Origin: Eledone cirrhosa | Taxonomy: Eukaryota | Length of the DNA stretch: 64,000 bases | NCBI GenBank assembly: GCA_964016885.1 | Contig: CAXHJY010000013.1 | Location: forward strand, 15,831 to 79,830 | Direction of reading: 5' to 3' | Shown: positions 26,620 to 39,757 of the stretch, one piece after another | How positions within the stretch are numbered: position 1 is the first letter of the stretch | How the letters are laid out: every line of letters begins with the position of its first letter | The notes under the pieces: model-generated | What the model was told of the DNA's origin: nothing | Databases searched by the model: none | Seen by the model: the letters and a program-made list of their open reading frames with translations, nothing else | Position numbers and translations under genes: made by a program

Positions 26620-26945
26620 AGCCACTGGCCAACACATTGTGAGTTACTCTACTGCTGTCTTTAGCTACTGGTCAACAGTAATAGCTATCATCATCATCTT
26701 TGTGCCCATCTTCCATGCTAGTAGTAAGCTACCTCACCACTGTCTCTAGCTACTGGTCAACACTGGTAGCTACTGTAGTAGTTACCTCACCACTGTCTCT
26801 GACCACTGGTCAACATTGTGGTAGCTACTGTAGTAAGTTACCTCACCACAGTCCCTGGCCACTGATCAACAGTGGTAGCTACTGCAGTAGTAGTTACCTC
26901 ACCACAGTCTCTGGCCACTGGTCAATAGTGGTAGTTATTACAAGT
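26620..26945. repeat. Degenerate ~53-bp minisatellite
   Basis: Repeated ctcaccac(t/a)gtctct..ccactggtcaaca..ggtagctactg.agtagttac. Confidence 0.7.
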
Positions 26946-28884
26946 TAAGTGCTCTCTCTTTGTTTGCTTGTATTAAAACGTCCATAATTAATAAATAACA
27001 TTGTTCAAATCTTATTGATATATGAATGAAATAATGAAATGAAATGAAATGAAATTATTGTGTAAAGTGCTCAGGTGCACTACAACTCGTCAATATAGTA
27101 CATAGAATAATACACAAATGCCAGGGAAGTACATGTTTGTATGTGTTAGCTGTAGTGTTGGCGGATCTCGGGAAGCATGGAGGCCTTAAAGGATGCATTG
27201 GATTTAAATAAGTAACATATTATTTGTTATGTTATATTATTCCAAACATCATCTTTATGTACCATATATAGTTGATATGCTAGTTATTTCAATAAATCTC
27301 TTTAAATTCTTGATTATTTTGAGAGATATTTGAGGCATGCAGGCACCCTATTCTTAGAAATCAGGCCATGAAAAGGTTAATAGAGTTTGGTTGTTGTTAT
27401 TAAGGGCAACATAGTTCATTTATCCATACACTCATATATTTTTCTCTCTGCTAGCACATGTATGCATGTCTGTAGTGTGTAGACTGTTTACATTGTAATT
27501 GAAACTCACTGTATGGCTGCGTATAAATTCTCACATACACACACACACACACACACATTAAGGCACACGGCAATGACTCATTCCTCCCCATACACACATT
27601 GTCATCATTACACTGCATTGTGGGAATTGTACATTCTACAGTCTATTGATCTGCTACTACTACATCTATTGCTATAACTATTACCACTGCCTCCACCATA
27701 ACTATTGCAGCTGCCACTACCAATACCATCACTGCTTCCACTATTACTCATACTACTGCCAATCATGTATTGATCTATACCCATGATCCTGCTACCACCT
27801 TATCATCATCACTACTATTTTGAGAGAGCAGCTATGTAGTCACCTTACCTGCTAGAAATAGTAGTCTAATCTTTCTCAAATCGGACATTACTGTTTTGAA
27901 TAAAATAATACACTGGACAATGCGGTTCCTGATATTAAAAAAAGTGGGATGGAAATGGCTGGAATATCTTTTATTATAGACTTACTTAACTAGGGCTGAC
28001 CAGGAGCTAAGCAAGTACAACTAGTGGTAGGACCAGCGCCACTACCTCTAGAGATATCTAAACATTGTCCCATTCTCTCCTTCTTTCCTCAATGATTGGG
28101 TTTTAAGAAATAATGGTTAGCCCCCCCCCCCCCCCCCCCCCCTCCAGATCAAAGATGTTCCAGATATAACTCATTCTGGTTTTTTTTTATATTCAGAGAA
28201 TATCTAGAGCTACATTATTTAATGTGTTCTCTCCTTTTTTTGTTTTGTTTTTATAGTAGTAGGGAGTGATTTGGAGATCTGTCTGCTATTTCTAGCATGT
28301 GAAGTGAACCTTTTGAGACTTCTTTGTGGAAGGTGGTTACTTGGTAGTGGTGGGATAATGGTGGTAGAAATTGTATGTTGATGATGGTAGTAGTGGTTAA
28401 AGTGGTACATGTAGTACTGATATTGGTACCACAGCTGTCGAGCATACACCAGGTGTGAGTGAGTTCAAGTCCCACTGATGATGCTGTCTACTTTTTGTTC
28501 ATCTCTAGATGCTTATATACCCAACTTGTTGCATTATTTTTCATAGTCAAAAACCTGTGTTGAAGCAGTTTACTTAAAACTAATATACATTTAAAATTCA
28601 TAATTTGCTTGTTTCATGAATGATTGATTCTTAGTATAAATATATACATTTTAGAAAACATAGTAGCTATAGATTGATGTTAGTCTAGACAGTTTCACAT
28701 TTTACAACATATATTTTTATATGCAAAATTGTTTGCAGACAAATAAGAGTGTGACTTGTGTGTGTGTGTGCGCACACACACACACATATGTTGGGTTGTT
28801 GATTTATGGGTATAAAAATAACATTTACTAATGAGGCTGGCTCCATGCATGCAGAAGAGTTGTATTTATTATATATGGATGCAC

Positions 28885-29152
28885 CCCATCTCCTGTCCAA
28901 CCCATGCCAACCTGGAAAAACAAAAATAGAATGTATGAACTAGACATGTCGTTCTGGTGTCATGATAAAAACCTTCAGTCCACGTTGTAATGTGGTTGGC
29001 ATATATAAGGGCATCCAACCTTAGAAACCAAGCCCCAAACAGTTTCATATGAGCAAGACATTGTCATCTGACCTGACCTGATTAGTCTCATAGTGTGACA
29101 ACCTGTCTAACCTATGCAGATATGGAAACTAGATGTTAAATGGTGATGATGA
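28885..29152 (+). mobile_element. Degenerate RTE-tail / non-autonomous element
   Basis: tgtaatgtggttggcat..aagggcatccaacc..tgagcaagaca..ctaacctatgcag..gatgttaaatggtgatgatg. Confidence 0.6.
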
Positions 29153-29699
29153 TTGTGGTTGACTGGTATTTGAGTTTCACCCTAGGCAACAGCTAATACA
29201 TCTAGGATGAATTAGCTGTTGGATTTGGTGATTTGAATTTATATTTGGCAATTTTTAGCATGTTGAAGGACCATATAGTGGCTTTCAGTGAGCTAGGAAA
29301 TATTTTGAAATCAATTTGATTAGCATAATTAGACTGGAATGTCCTGCTAAAGCTATGGACATCACTCCTCTTCATTGAACTAAAATGTAAATAGAAAGAA
29401 AAATACCAGTTTAGTTCTGTAATTTAAATTTGTACCACACTCTAGAATATACCCTCCTGGTTACCATACTTTTGGCATACTCTCCTACACAGCTAATTAG
29501 CTCACCTAGTTAACAGAAGCTATTCACTAGTTATAGAGAGCCCTCTAAGCATTTGAAAGAATTAATTACTCTTGTGCATTGGCTACACTGTATGGAATTC
29601 CTAGATGGTAATAGTCCTGTTTTCCTGTTGAGCAAAACACTTGTCATTGCTTGTTTATTTGGAGATATTTTAATTCTAAGTTTTGCTTCCACTTTTGGA

Positions 29700-30250
29700 A
29701 TTTCTTCTCTGATTTTTCAGCAGTTTTAACTATGAGAACTGGATCATCAGCATACAAAAGTTTCCATGACCTGCCTTAAATTCTTTTGTTATGGCCTGGA
29801 GAACTATAAGAACTTCTGAAGTTGTCTTACTAGGAAGAGGGCACTAGTGGTATTCTAGGAAGAGGGCACTAGTGGTATTCCATTTTTTCACCAACTTAGA
29901 CTCTCATCTAAGCTCATTTTCTTCCAAATTAGTTGTGCTATATAGCTCTTTCTGTTATTTTCATAATTTTATCCCTCAATTTGGTGCCTCTAGTTGTTTC
30001 TCTCTAAGGAATCTCCTTTGCCCTTATAGCAGTTGATGATGATGATAATATTATTTCAGTCAGTGGAAATGGCTCATTGCTGTTCTACCCGATTGACTAT
30101 ACAAGCAATTAACTTCACTGCCTCATATTGATTGACTATCCCTGACATTCCAGTTGCTTTCCCTGTCTTTATATCCTTAATGGTCATTTTGATCATATAG
30201 TAATCAGATTTCAATAATTGATCTCTTGGTTGGTCTACTTTCTCATCTAC
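29700..30250 (-). mobile_element. Old degenerate RTE RT fragment
   Basis: Decayed YADDP, SALFLVRQL, NCYKGKGD and KTGKA motifs on the minus strand. Confidence 0.65.
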
Positions 30251-30263
30251 AAATTATCTAATG

Positions 30264-30598
30264 ATGGAAATTTCATTTCATAGAGGTATATGATTGCCTT
30301 TCTCACACCATGTATCTTCAACCATTCCTAACAGATGGTTTTATCTCTTATTAAGACTTTTTTATGTTCTTTTGCCCTGACATTTAGGGGTAGGTCTCCC
30401 AGTTTTCTGAACTGATGTATATGAAGCTCTATAAAAAAGCTGGATGTTCTCTTGGGATGTATTTCTCAATTGATCTATGTCAAAATATAGGAATATTGAC
30501 AAATATTAATGAGAAAAGAAAACAACTAAATCAGGAATGACTGAATATATGTGGTGCAAAAAATAAAACCATATAACTCTATGGAATGAAATTTCCAT
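30264..30598. mobile_element. MITE-like element with ~29-bp terminal inverted repeats
   Basis: atggaaatttcatttcatagaggtatatg versus catataactctatggaatgaaatttccat (2 mismatches); superfamily not assigned. Confidence 0.55.
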
Positions 30599-31040
30599 AA
30601 TTGATAGAGAACCACAGCCGGAACACCCATCTGCTTTTCATACTAGTATGGGTTGGACAGGTTGTTATGATTCGTGTCAGTTCTTATTTGGAGTTAGTCA
30701 GAGGACTGTGTTATGCTTATACATTCCAATAATTTTTGTTTCAGTTCTGCTCTTCTCAAATATACTGGTTTCTTTCTATCCTGTATTCCTTGTTCTTTTT
30801 GCAAGCCTTTCCCAGAACATGTTGATAACTGTAATGTTATTGTTTAAATAGTGAGCATTACATCCAACCGGGTGTTAGATATAACACTATTCTTTCAGCC
30901 AGCTGTCCCAGTTCAACCAACTGTTGATGACTTGCTAAATCTCTCTACTATTTGTGGGGATGTGGTCAGTATTTCTGTTTTGACAGACACATATACAAAC
31001 ATGTTGCCTAGGAAATGACAATGCCATGCCTACAGGTGAT

Positions 31041-33312
31041 ATCATCATCATCATCATCAACGTTTAACGTCCGTGTTCCACGCTTGCATGGGTTTGGACG
31101 GGGGTAGTCCCACTTGAGGCAAGAGTGATTGTCTTGCTCGCATAGGACTGTCTGGCAGGTTTTCTACAGTTGGATGCCCTTCCTAACACCAACCACATTT
31201 ACAGTGTGGGTCTGGGAGGTTTTTACCATGTTGCCTACACGGCCACATTACAGCGTGGACTGTGTGTTTTTTTGTCGTGACACCTACACGATCTCATTTG
31301 TTTCGGCCTCGATGGCGCGGCACCAACATAACTTTACATAGAACGGGGTGGTGTGGATGGGGTGGTGGTGGTGGTGGTGGGACGGGGTGTATTTGTTAGA
31401 GATGCCTACTGGCTGGAGTAGGTTTTACTATATATTTAGGTAAGGCGGGTCTTCTCTGTTACTGAGTACCGCCAAAGGTCTCGGTCCAGTGACATTGTCT
31501 TGGAGAGGTGTAAGTGTGTGATGTCGGAGTTTATCAGCTCGTCCCAGGTTTTTCTAGGTCTGCCTATTCCGTGACTACCGTCTATCTTTATTGCCCTGCA
31601 CTTTGTTATACAGCTATCGACTTTCATGCGCATCACGTGTCCATACCAATGTAGCCTTCTCTCGAGTAAACAACATCTGATCCCTCTTATCTCTAATTTT
31701 TTCCTTAGTTCGTTTATGCTTTGCCGTTCACGTATATTACTGTTACACATCCAGCGGAGCATGCAAGCTTCGTTCCTCTCTAGTCTGCGTATATCCTCTG
31801 CACACAATGCCCAGGTCTCACTGCCATGCAGCATTGCTGTTCGTATGCAGGCATCGTACAACCTGCCTTTCATTTTTAGGGAGAACCCTTTAGCAGCTAA
31901 TAGTGGTATAAGCTCTCTGAACTTTTTCCAACCAGTTCTGACTCTAGCTACAGTACTTTCAGAGCACCCTCCCCCACTGCTGATTTTATCGCCCAGGTAA
32001 CGGAAGCTGTCCACTATTTCTATAGAACCCTCTGCGCAATTGAAAGAGCTAGTATTTTGTGGGCACTTGCTGCTACTTATTGCACCAGAACACCGGCCAC
32101 ATGTAAAATCTATGTTCTTAGTTAGCTTACCTGTGATCCCACTACATCTTTTATGCACCCATACTTTGCATTTAGGACATAAAATGGAGTTTCTACCTAC
32201 GCCTTTCCTACACACCGAGCACGCCATTTCCCAGAAGGGACCGCCGCCTTGTTTTCTTTCCTACAAACTAGTACTTTGGTCTTAGCCAGGTTAATTTTAA
32301 GTCCTTTTGACTCTAGGCCGTGCTTCCTTGTTTGGAATTTCTTCTCTAGCTCGGCCATTGATTCCGCTATGAGTCTCAGGTCGTCTGCGTATAGGAGTTC
32401 CCATGGGAAGCCTGTCTTGAACTCCTCTGTTATAGCCTGAAGGGCAATAATAAATAGTAGGGGGCTGAGAACAGAGCCCTGATGGACGCCAACTTTTACG
32501 CTAAACTCTTCACTATATTCGTTGTTAATTCTAACCTTGCTGACTGTTTCTTTATACATGGCTTGTATAGCCCTCACAAGCCATTCGTCAACGCCTAGTT
32601 TTCTAAGAGCCCACCAGATAATGGAGCGGGGGACTCTGTCGAAGGCTTTCTCCAAGTCGACAAAAGCTAAGTAGAGGGGTTTACTTTTAGCTAGGTACTT
32701 CTCCTGTAGTTGTCGTACTATGAAAAGAGCGTCTGTGGTACTTTTGCCTGACACAAACCCGAACTGCATTTCATCTAGGTCAATTCTCTCTCTGATTAGT
32801 TGCGCTATTACTTTTTCCGTGACCTTCATGACCTGGTCGATTAATTTAATGCCTCTATAGTTACTCCTATCTAGGGCGTCTCCTTTACCCTTATAACAGT
32901 TAACGATGATGCTGCTATGCCAGTCCTTCGGAACAACCCCATTCTGTACGACTTGGTTAACTATGCGGGTGACCATGGTGTGTCCCACCGTGCCAGATGC
33001 CTTCAGCATCTCAGCAACTATTTCCGAAGGCCCAGCCGCCTTACCCGTCTTCATATCCTTGATTGCCTTACTTATTATACTCCCCTCGACTAACACTGCT
33101 GGTCCCTCTATTGGGTCGATATGGGGGAGACTGTCCTTCTCCCATTTATTCTCCTCATTTAGTAGCCTTTCATAGTGACACTTCCAAGCTACCTTCTTAT
33201 CAGCGTCGGTGATGGCAAGTGTGCCATCGTCGTTTAGTACACACTTCTCCCCGACAATATCACGGTTTTCCTTGACGCATTGCCTAGCAATCCTGAACAC
33301 CTCACGTTTTTG
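31041..33312 (-). mobile_element. 5'-truncated young RTE LINE (subfamily A)
   Basis: ORFs 32197-33300 and 31436-32227 split by a 1-bp deletion near 32225; 3' UTR and (CAT)n tail at 31041. Confidence 0.95.
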
Positions 33313-34444
33313 GTAAACAAATTAGAACAAAAGGTACTTAGTAATTTTTTTTTCTTTTACTGGTTTCAATAATTGGATTGTGGCCATGTTGAGGGTTTCA
33401 GTTGATTATATTGATCCCTTTATTTTGTCTGGTACTTAATTTCATCAATTACTGAAATGTAAAGTGGGCACATGAGTTAAGGGGGAAATAACTCAGTTGG
33501 ATATAAAATACCTCGGGGTGGGGGGCATATATGCCTTGATTCTTGTTTGCCTAATGCTGATAATCATTGCATGATGATGCAATGGTATGATGATGGGTTT
33601 TTGCACAGTTTCTACAAGAAGTTTGTCCTATATATTTGTATCTTGTTTATCCATCTCAAATCTCTCTGATCTGACATGACATGACCTGCTAGAACTTGAT
33701 ACTTCATATATAAACAACAAGGTTCATCACATTGAAAGTACATGTAACAATATATGAGACAATATAATGTTAAAGAGTTCTTTAACATAGTCAGCATCAT
33801 TGTTACATCTGTTTTTCCATGCTTGAATTGGTTGGATGAGATATCACCAGTACAATGTCCCTCTACTTGTCTCCTTTGTCATCTTGAAATACATTTTCAC
33901 CTCTTCTGCCTAAATCTTTTTCAACCTACCTATACTGCAGTGTCCCTCCACCTATTTCCTTCGCTTGTTATCTCCATTATGAGGTTCACTCTCCTGAGAT
34001 GGGATTTCACCAATCTTCCTAGGCCCACCTCTACCACAACATTCCTTCACTTGTCTCCTTCTTTTCTCATCTGCTTTGTCAGGTTCACCCTCCTGGGATC
34101 AGCTTTCACTATTTCTACTCAAGTCTTCTTCAGCCCACCCCTACCACTTTGTCCCTCCACTTGTCTCTTTTGTCAGTTTCAGCATCCTGAGATCAGCTAT
34201 CACAACTTCTGCCCAAGTCTTCTTCAGCCTACTTCTACTGCATTGTCTTTCCACCTGGAGTTCTCAGTACTTCTTCCAATGCCCATCATCCATATGTATT
34301 CAGATGAAATGGAGATCCAGAATTGTTTGGGAGAGAGAAGAGTGGAGCTGATGTAGGTTGGAGTGGTTATAGATGGTGTCAGGATTCTATCTAAATCTCA
34401 TAAACAAGATGATGAAAGAGCATGACAATAGGACAGACACTGAT

Positions 34445-34784
34445 GGAGGCACATGGCTTAGTGGTTAGAGCATTGACCTTGCAATCGAAAGGTTGTGAGT
34501 TCAATTCTCAGACCGGGTGATGTGTTGTTTCCTTGAGCAAGGCACTTTATTTAACATTGCTCCAGTTTACTCAGCTGTAGAAATGAGATGATAGGGACTG
34601 GGGTCCCTATCATTCCACTGCAAAGTGGTCGTGGAGGTGCCACGGCAAAAAAGCACCCAGCACTCACTGTAAATGAGGTTGGTGTTAGGAAGGGCATCCA
34701 GCTGTAGAAATCAAGCCAGAATCAGTTCCCGTCCCACCCTTGCAAGCAGGGAAAAGTGGACGTAAAATGAAATGATGATGATGA
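34445..34784 (+). mobile_element. tRNA/CORE-type SINE head joined to an RTE-derived tail (composite or nested)
   Basis: A box tggcttagtgg, B box gagttcaattc, CORE-like ccttgagcaaggcacttt; then the aggaagggcatccagctgtagaaa module and a cccacccttgcaagcagg..gtaaaatg(atg)n tail matching RTE-B. Confidence 0.75.
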
Positions 34785-36094
34785 CTGTGAAACTGACCTG
34801 CATGATAAGACAGGTTTAACAATGATAATAACTGAAAAAAAAAAAGAGGAATAGATTGAGGACCTCCCTGAACAATGTTACTTCAGGAGTTCACTATTAA
34901 AGTAACATGTCATGAATGGGATAAATCCCCAATAAAAAGAGAAGGGCTGATCATGCATCTGTCGGATTAGGTCACAGCGACCTATTCAAAGCTGAACCTC
35001 TGATTGGACATATAGACACTGTAATGTCACATGTAATAGTACACTCTATCAGATAAATTAAACTTATATGCTTTAATGTATACTGAATTACAGCATTCTA
35101 GTCTCTGTTACTTTCGCTGCTAGTGTGTATGAATGTCTGTATTTGCGTGTGTATGTATATACACACACGCACACAGGTGCTGTTGGTATGTTGGAGGTGG
35201 TGTCTTAGTCTTACCATGTTGGTGTATGTCTTTGTCATCTTATGAACCTATGGTGGGAACAAAAGGTGATCATACACTATAGCAAGTTAATGACCATCAT
35301 GCACACACACTCAAACACATAAATATATTGATTTCTTACAGCAAAAAATTACATATTTTTAGGAAACAGTTGAGTGAATTTCTTCCTCCACACACTCCCA
35401 CATTTATTTGTATATCAATTTGTCTGTATACAACAGAAAACTGACATGTTAATGAGGAAACCTTAACGTGGTACCCAATCTGCTAGAAATAGCAGCCAAA
35501 TATCTTTCAAATCGCACCCCACTGGAAGGACATAATGGTTAATGTCATCCTTGATACACTATATCTGAATAAAAATGGAATTTTCACATATGTTTTCATA
35601 GGTCAGGTGGCTCAGGGCTGACCTGGGGCTAAGCAACACTAAAGAGCAGGCACATGTTTATTTTTGACATACATTGTGATGTATATAATGTTTACTAATT
35701 TAAGCCAAAAGCCATCAATTCTGAATGCAAGAGAAAGTCAATGAAATCGATCTAAGTACTTGACTGGTCAATAGACTAAAATCTATCGACCCTGGAAGAC
35801 TGAAAGGTAACGTTTACCTCAATGGGATTTGAACTCAGAATGTAAAAAGTTTGATCATCATCATCATCACCATCATTTAATGTCCACTTTCCCTATTAGC
35901 AAGGGTTGGACCATTCAAGATTCAAAGGTTGAACAATACAAAGTATTGTTAATAGAAGTTAAAAGAAAAGGATAATGAATGGTGTAAATTTATCATGGGC
36001 CCTGAACATTATTATTCAAATCAAAACTAATCCTATTTCTCTATCTGTCAAGGAAAGAATATTGCGTGTGTGTGTGTGTGCTTGTGCTCTGTAA

Positions 36095-36366
36095 AGTGCT
36101 AGTGCTGGTGTCATAGTAAAATGCACTCAGCCCAAAATGTTAAGTGGTAGTGCTGGTGTCTCAATAAAATGCACTTGGCACATGCTGTGAAGTGGTTGAT
36201 TTTAGGAAGGGCATCCAGCTGTAGAAACCTTGCCAGAATGGAATGAATGAGGGAAATAGTCATCTTACTTGTCAATCCTTAGAATGTGAGAACTTGTTTA
36301 AGCCATGCAAACTTGGAAAATAGACATAAGATGGTGGTGGTAGTGATGAAGATGATTATGATGATG
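36095..36366 (+). mobile_element. Degenerate RTE-tailed non-autonomous element
   Basis: gtgctggtgtc..aaatgcac duplicated, aggaagggcatccagctgtagaaacc, ccatgcaa..gatgatga tail. Confidence 0.6.
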
Positions 36367-37437
36367 AATCTATTGACTGAATAGTGGCTGCCATTCTGTG
36401 CCACTACAGTGTCTGGGTTGTCACTAATCTATATATGTAAATTGCCAAGCCTCTCTACTTTCATTGCTATAGTTACTTACTGATAGAGATGTCCAGATCT
36501 GTTTGTGTGTGTGTTTGTTTCTGTGTGTGTGTTTGTGTGTGTGTGATGCAATGATTCATTATGACAAGTTCAGTTTCGGCTCTACTTTTTACCTTTACAC
36601 AATAGATACAGGTCTGGTCAATCAATATGTCTGAATGTGTTTTAATAATTCTGACAGTTGTTGTTCCTTATTTGTTTTCACCTGTATTTTGCAGAGGACA
36701 GATGGTGGGCTGCTTTCTTTGTTGTGGAGGCAGCTTGTTAGAGCAATTTCTACTTAATGTTATGGAGAGAAAGGAAAGGGAGAGAAAAAATGAAGCTGTT
36801 TTTAACCATGACACTTTATATTACTCTATTTTTCTAGATATTTCATCAGATTTCTGGATGTTAAGCTGTGTTAGGGCTGCAATGTTGGGTGTGTACAGGT
36901 TGACCACCTAGACTTGGTGTAAGATGATATTTGAATGTGTAATTAAATAGTTTTATTGATGCTTGTTTGTTCCAAGTCAGTCTTGATCCTGCTGCCCACA
37001 CTTTTTAAAAAATCTGTTTTACCAGACATAGTGAGGAGAAAGGGAATGGGATGATTGGGTCATGTATTGAGGAAGGATGAAAGGGGTTAAGTGACAGAAA
37101 TAGATGAAGAGGAAGACCAATAAAGGCATGGCTAAAGATGATGGAAGAGGAAGAAATGAAAGCCACAGGGTTGGTGAGAAGGGGGTTCAGATGATGGGGG
37201 CAAATTAGAGAAGCTTGTCATGGGGCCTGCAAGGCTAACCCCTGCTTTAGCAAGGAGAAATAACCTTAAAATGCTTGTTTATTTTTTTAATAGTATTTTG
37301 AAGACAATATTATCTGATATTCTTTTTATAAAGCAATAATGTTGAAGTACTGTGTAGAGGTTCTTCCATAAACTCGTCTGTTTACTTAATCAACTATGGT
37401 TAAAACAGAATAAAACCAACTGCAAGACACCAAACTA

Positions 37438-37883
37438 CTGTATATACTCAAATATAAGCTGATCTGAATATAAGATGCCCCCCTCCCCCATTTTATGTCT
37501 GAGAAATGGATAAAAATCCAAAGCATGTTTATAAGCCAAGGCAGCTAATCAACATATTGTTTAGAGAGCGTAGTTTTGAAATTCTCATGAGAATAAGATA
37601 TATTTATGAAGTTTTAATATTAAAAAGTTCAAATTACAAAAAATTGTTGGAAATATTTTCAAGAGAATACATAAATAACACTAATGACTATGTTATTAAA
37701 AGTAGAAAAACAGTGGATCATTGTTAAATAATCACCCCAGACATTTTAGACCTTATTTACATATAATTTGAATATTGACCTTGAATATAAGCTGAGCTCC
37801 ATTTTACCATTTTTTTTTTTTTTTTTTTTTGTTTTTTTGTCTTTTTGTCACTTATTTCTTGGCTTATATACGAGTATATACAG
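37438..37883. mobile_element. Tc1/pogo-type MITE
   Basis: TIRs CTGTATATACTCAAATATAAGC / GCTTATATACGAGTATATACAG flanked by TA. Confidence 0.8.
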
Positions 37884-38061
37884 TAGATTTTATAATGTGT
37901 ATTCCATCAATCTCTACTGTCCATATTATCTCCAAAGCTTTGTATGCTTCAGTTGCAGTGTAATGCAAAGGTAACATGTTTCAGTTTCTCTGCTACCTTC
38001 AGAGATGAGATTTTACCTCTCCATCGTATCTATTTATCACTAGGTTGACTGAACAGTTTAA

Positions 38062-38269
38062 CCCTTTAGCGTTCACATTACTCTATATATACTATTGTAC
38101 TTTCGTGGTAAAGGCTTTATCTCACATAATATTGAATCTATGAGATTTTGATATTATTTATTTTGAGAATAATACCTTAACATCAGTATGAGCGACCGGT
38201 TACGGCCGGTTTGTAGAGAGAGTGGGGAGAAAATTCTGGCCAGATATGGCTGGTTTAAATGCTAACGGG
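38062..38269. mobile_element. piggyBac-like MITE
   Basis: TTAA-CCCTTTAGCGTT ... AATGCTAACGGG-TTAA. Confidence 0.7.
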
Positions 38270-38647
38270 TTAAAGTGGCTGAACTGAAAAGTGTGGTTGT
38301 TAGATGATGGAAGATGGTTATAATTGAGTTAGACTAGAAAAGATTAAGGGATCTAGGAAGGACAGATTTAAAATTTGGGCCTCACTAATGAGTTGATATT
38401 GGGTCACGACATAGAGGCATAACACAGGGTCAGGATACATGGTCATAAGACAGGGTCTGTCAACCATTAAACTAATATATATTTCTTATGGTACTGTATC
38501 ATTCCCTCGTGTTGTTTTCCTCAATGACGTTTTGCATATATATATTATACACACACATGCACATACACATATAACACCAAGTTTTTTATATTGTCATGTC
38601 TCACTAAAAACACTAACTGATCTTTATATTTTTCTGTCTTGTTTCAG

Positions 38648-38935
38648 GTCTGTAAGAAGGTTCATGCAGTGTACTTGCGGCCCAAGACTGTTGACGTTGT
38701 ATACAGTAGTAGCCTCTCTACTGTCGTTTGGGCTGAGTGTCGTCAGGCAGGAAAGCACCCTGTTGTCATTTCACAGCCCATCTTTACCACTGAGCAGTGG
38801 CCACTGTTCAGCAGCTTTCATATTTGCTGTGCATCACCTCGTTTGCAGCTGTCATTGCCTATTGTCACATTGGACGTGTTTGTTACGTTGTCCTCCTCGT
38901 GTGGTCAGCAGCTTCCTTTCTAGTTGACTGCCACC
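38648..38935 (+). other. RB1CC1: RB1CC1 5' UTR portion of the first coding exon
   Basis: Strong acceptor (ctaactgatc branch-like, tttttctgtcttgtttcag|) at 38647; unique, GC-richer sequence ending in GCCACC before the ATG. Confidence 0.65.
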
Positions 38936-39003
38936 ATGTTGTACGTGTTTCTTGTTGAGTTAGGCCAGATGCTAACCATTGATACTTGCTATACCACTGA
39001 GAC
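38936..39003 (+). CDS. RB1CC1: RB1-inducible coiled-coil 1 (FIP200), first coding exon
   Basis: GCCACC-ATG; MLYVFLVELGQMLTIDTCYTTE(T) resembles human MKLYVFLVNTGTTLTFDTELTVQT; phase-2 donor AC|gtacgt at 39004. Confidence 0.92.
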
Positions 39004-39603
39004 GTACGTATATCTTTACATTCCATCTCTCATGTCCACACATTTAACCCTTTTGATAACAATTGCCTTTAGCTTCTCATAGTTTTACAATACAAAGCTG
39101 TTTTACAAAACTCTCATGATTTTATGTTAGAGCATTTGCTCCAAACACCAGCTTAATGAGAAATAGTACTAAATCCTCAAAATTTTAGATTGTTTTCTAA
39201 AATTATTTGTAAATCACAGGCACTGTTTTTCATTTGAAATATAGTAACCAAAGAAAGGGCTAACAAAATAGGTATTAAAATGGAAGCTAGAGATGATTAA
39301 ATAAGATGATAGACACTCACATAAACTAAAGTACAGAGAAAGTGTATTCGTGAATAGGTTTGTAAATAAATTTATAGGCACATTTTTAATAAACATAGAT
39401 GTAGTCTTGATATGTGAACAGACATTGTGGTTAAAGCACAAGCCTCTCTCTGCTGAATGGAATAAAAGACAATTGCATCCTGCAGAAGGAACCTGTTGCT
39501 TAGCAAGACTAAATGTGTGTTAAACATATCTGTAAATTTGTTTATAATCTTGTCCATAATCTTATACGCTGTCTCAGTATTTTAGTTAACACACACATAC
39601 ATT

Positions 39604-39682
<79 letters not shown>

Positions 39683-39757
39683 TAGGGTAAACATTGATGC
39701 AATTCAATTCAAGCACTCAACGTACTTTTTCCACATAGGAGTGACGGAGTAAATATC

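Noticed and set aside
29830-29879. 25-bp perfect tandem duplication
   Set aside because: Local slippage within a dead RTE fragment; no functional implication.
36695-36918. Possible upstream non-coding RB1CC1 exon (ttttgcag| ... |gtaaga)
   Set aside because: Only splice-like signals; not supportable without transcripts.
38639-38923. Resemblance of VVWAECRQ to HPS6 (LVWCEERQ)
   Set aside because: Short match, probably chance; the exon leads into a clear RB1CC1 start.
38941-38946. gtacgt as a donor right after ATG-TT
   Set aside because: Homology continues (LYVFLV...) to the second gtacgt at 39004; at most a minor alternative donor.
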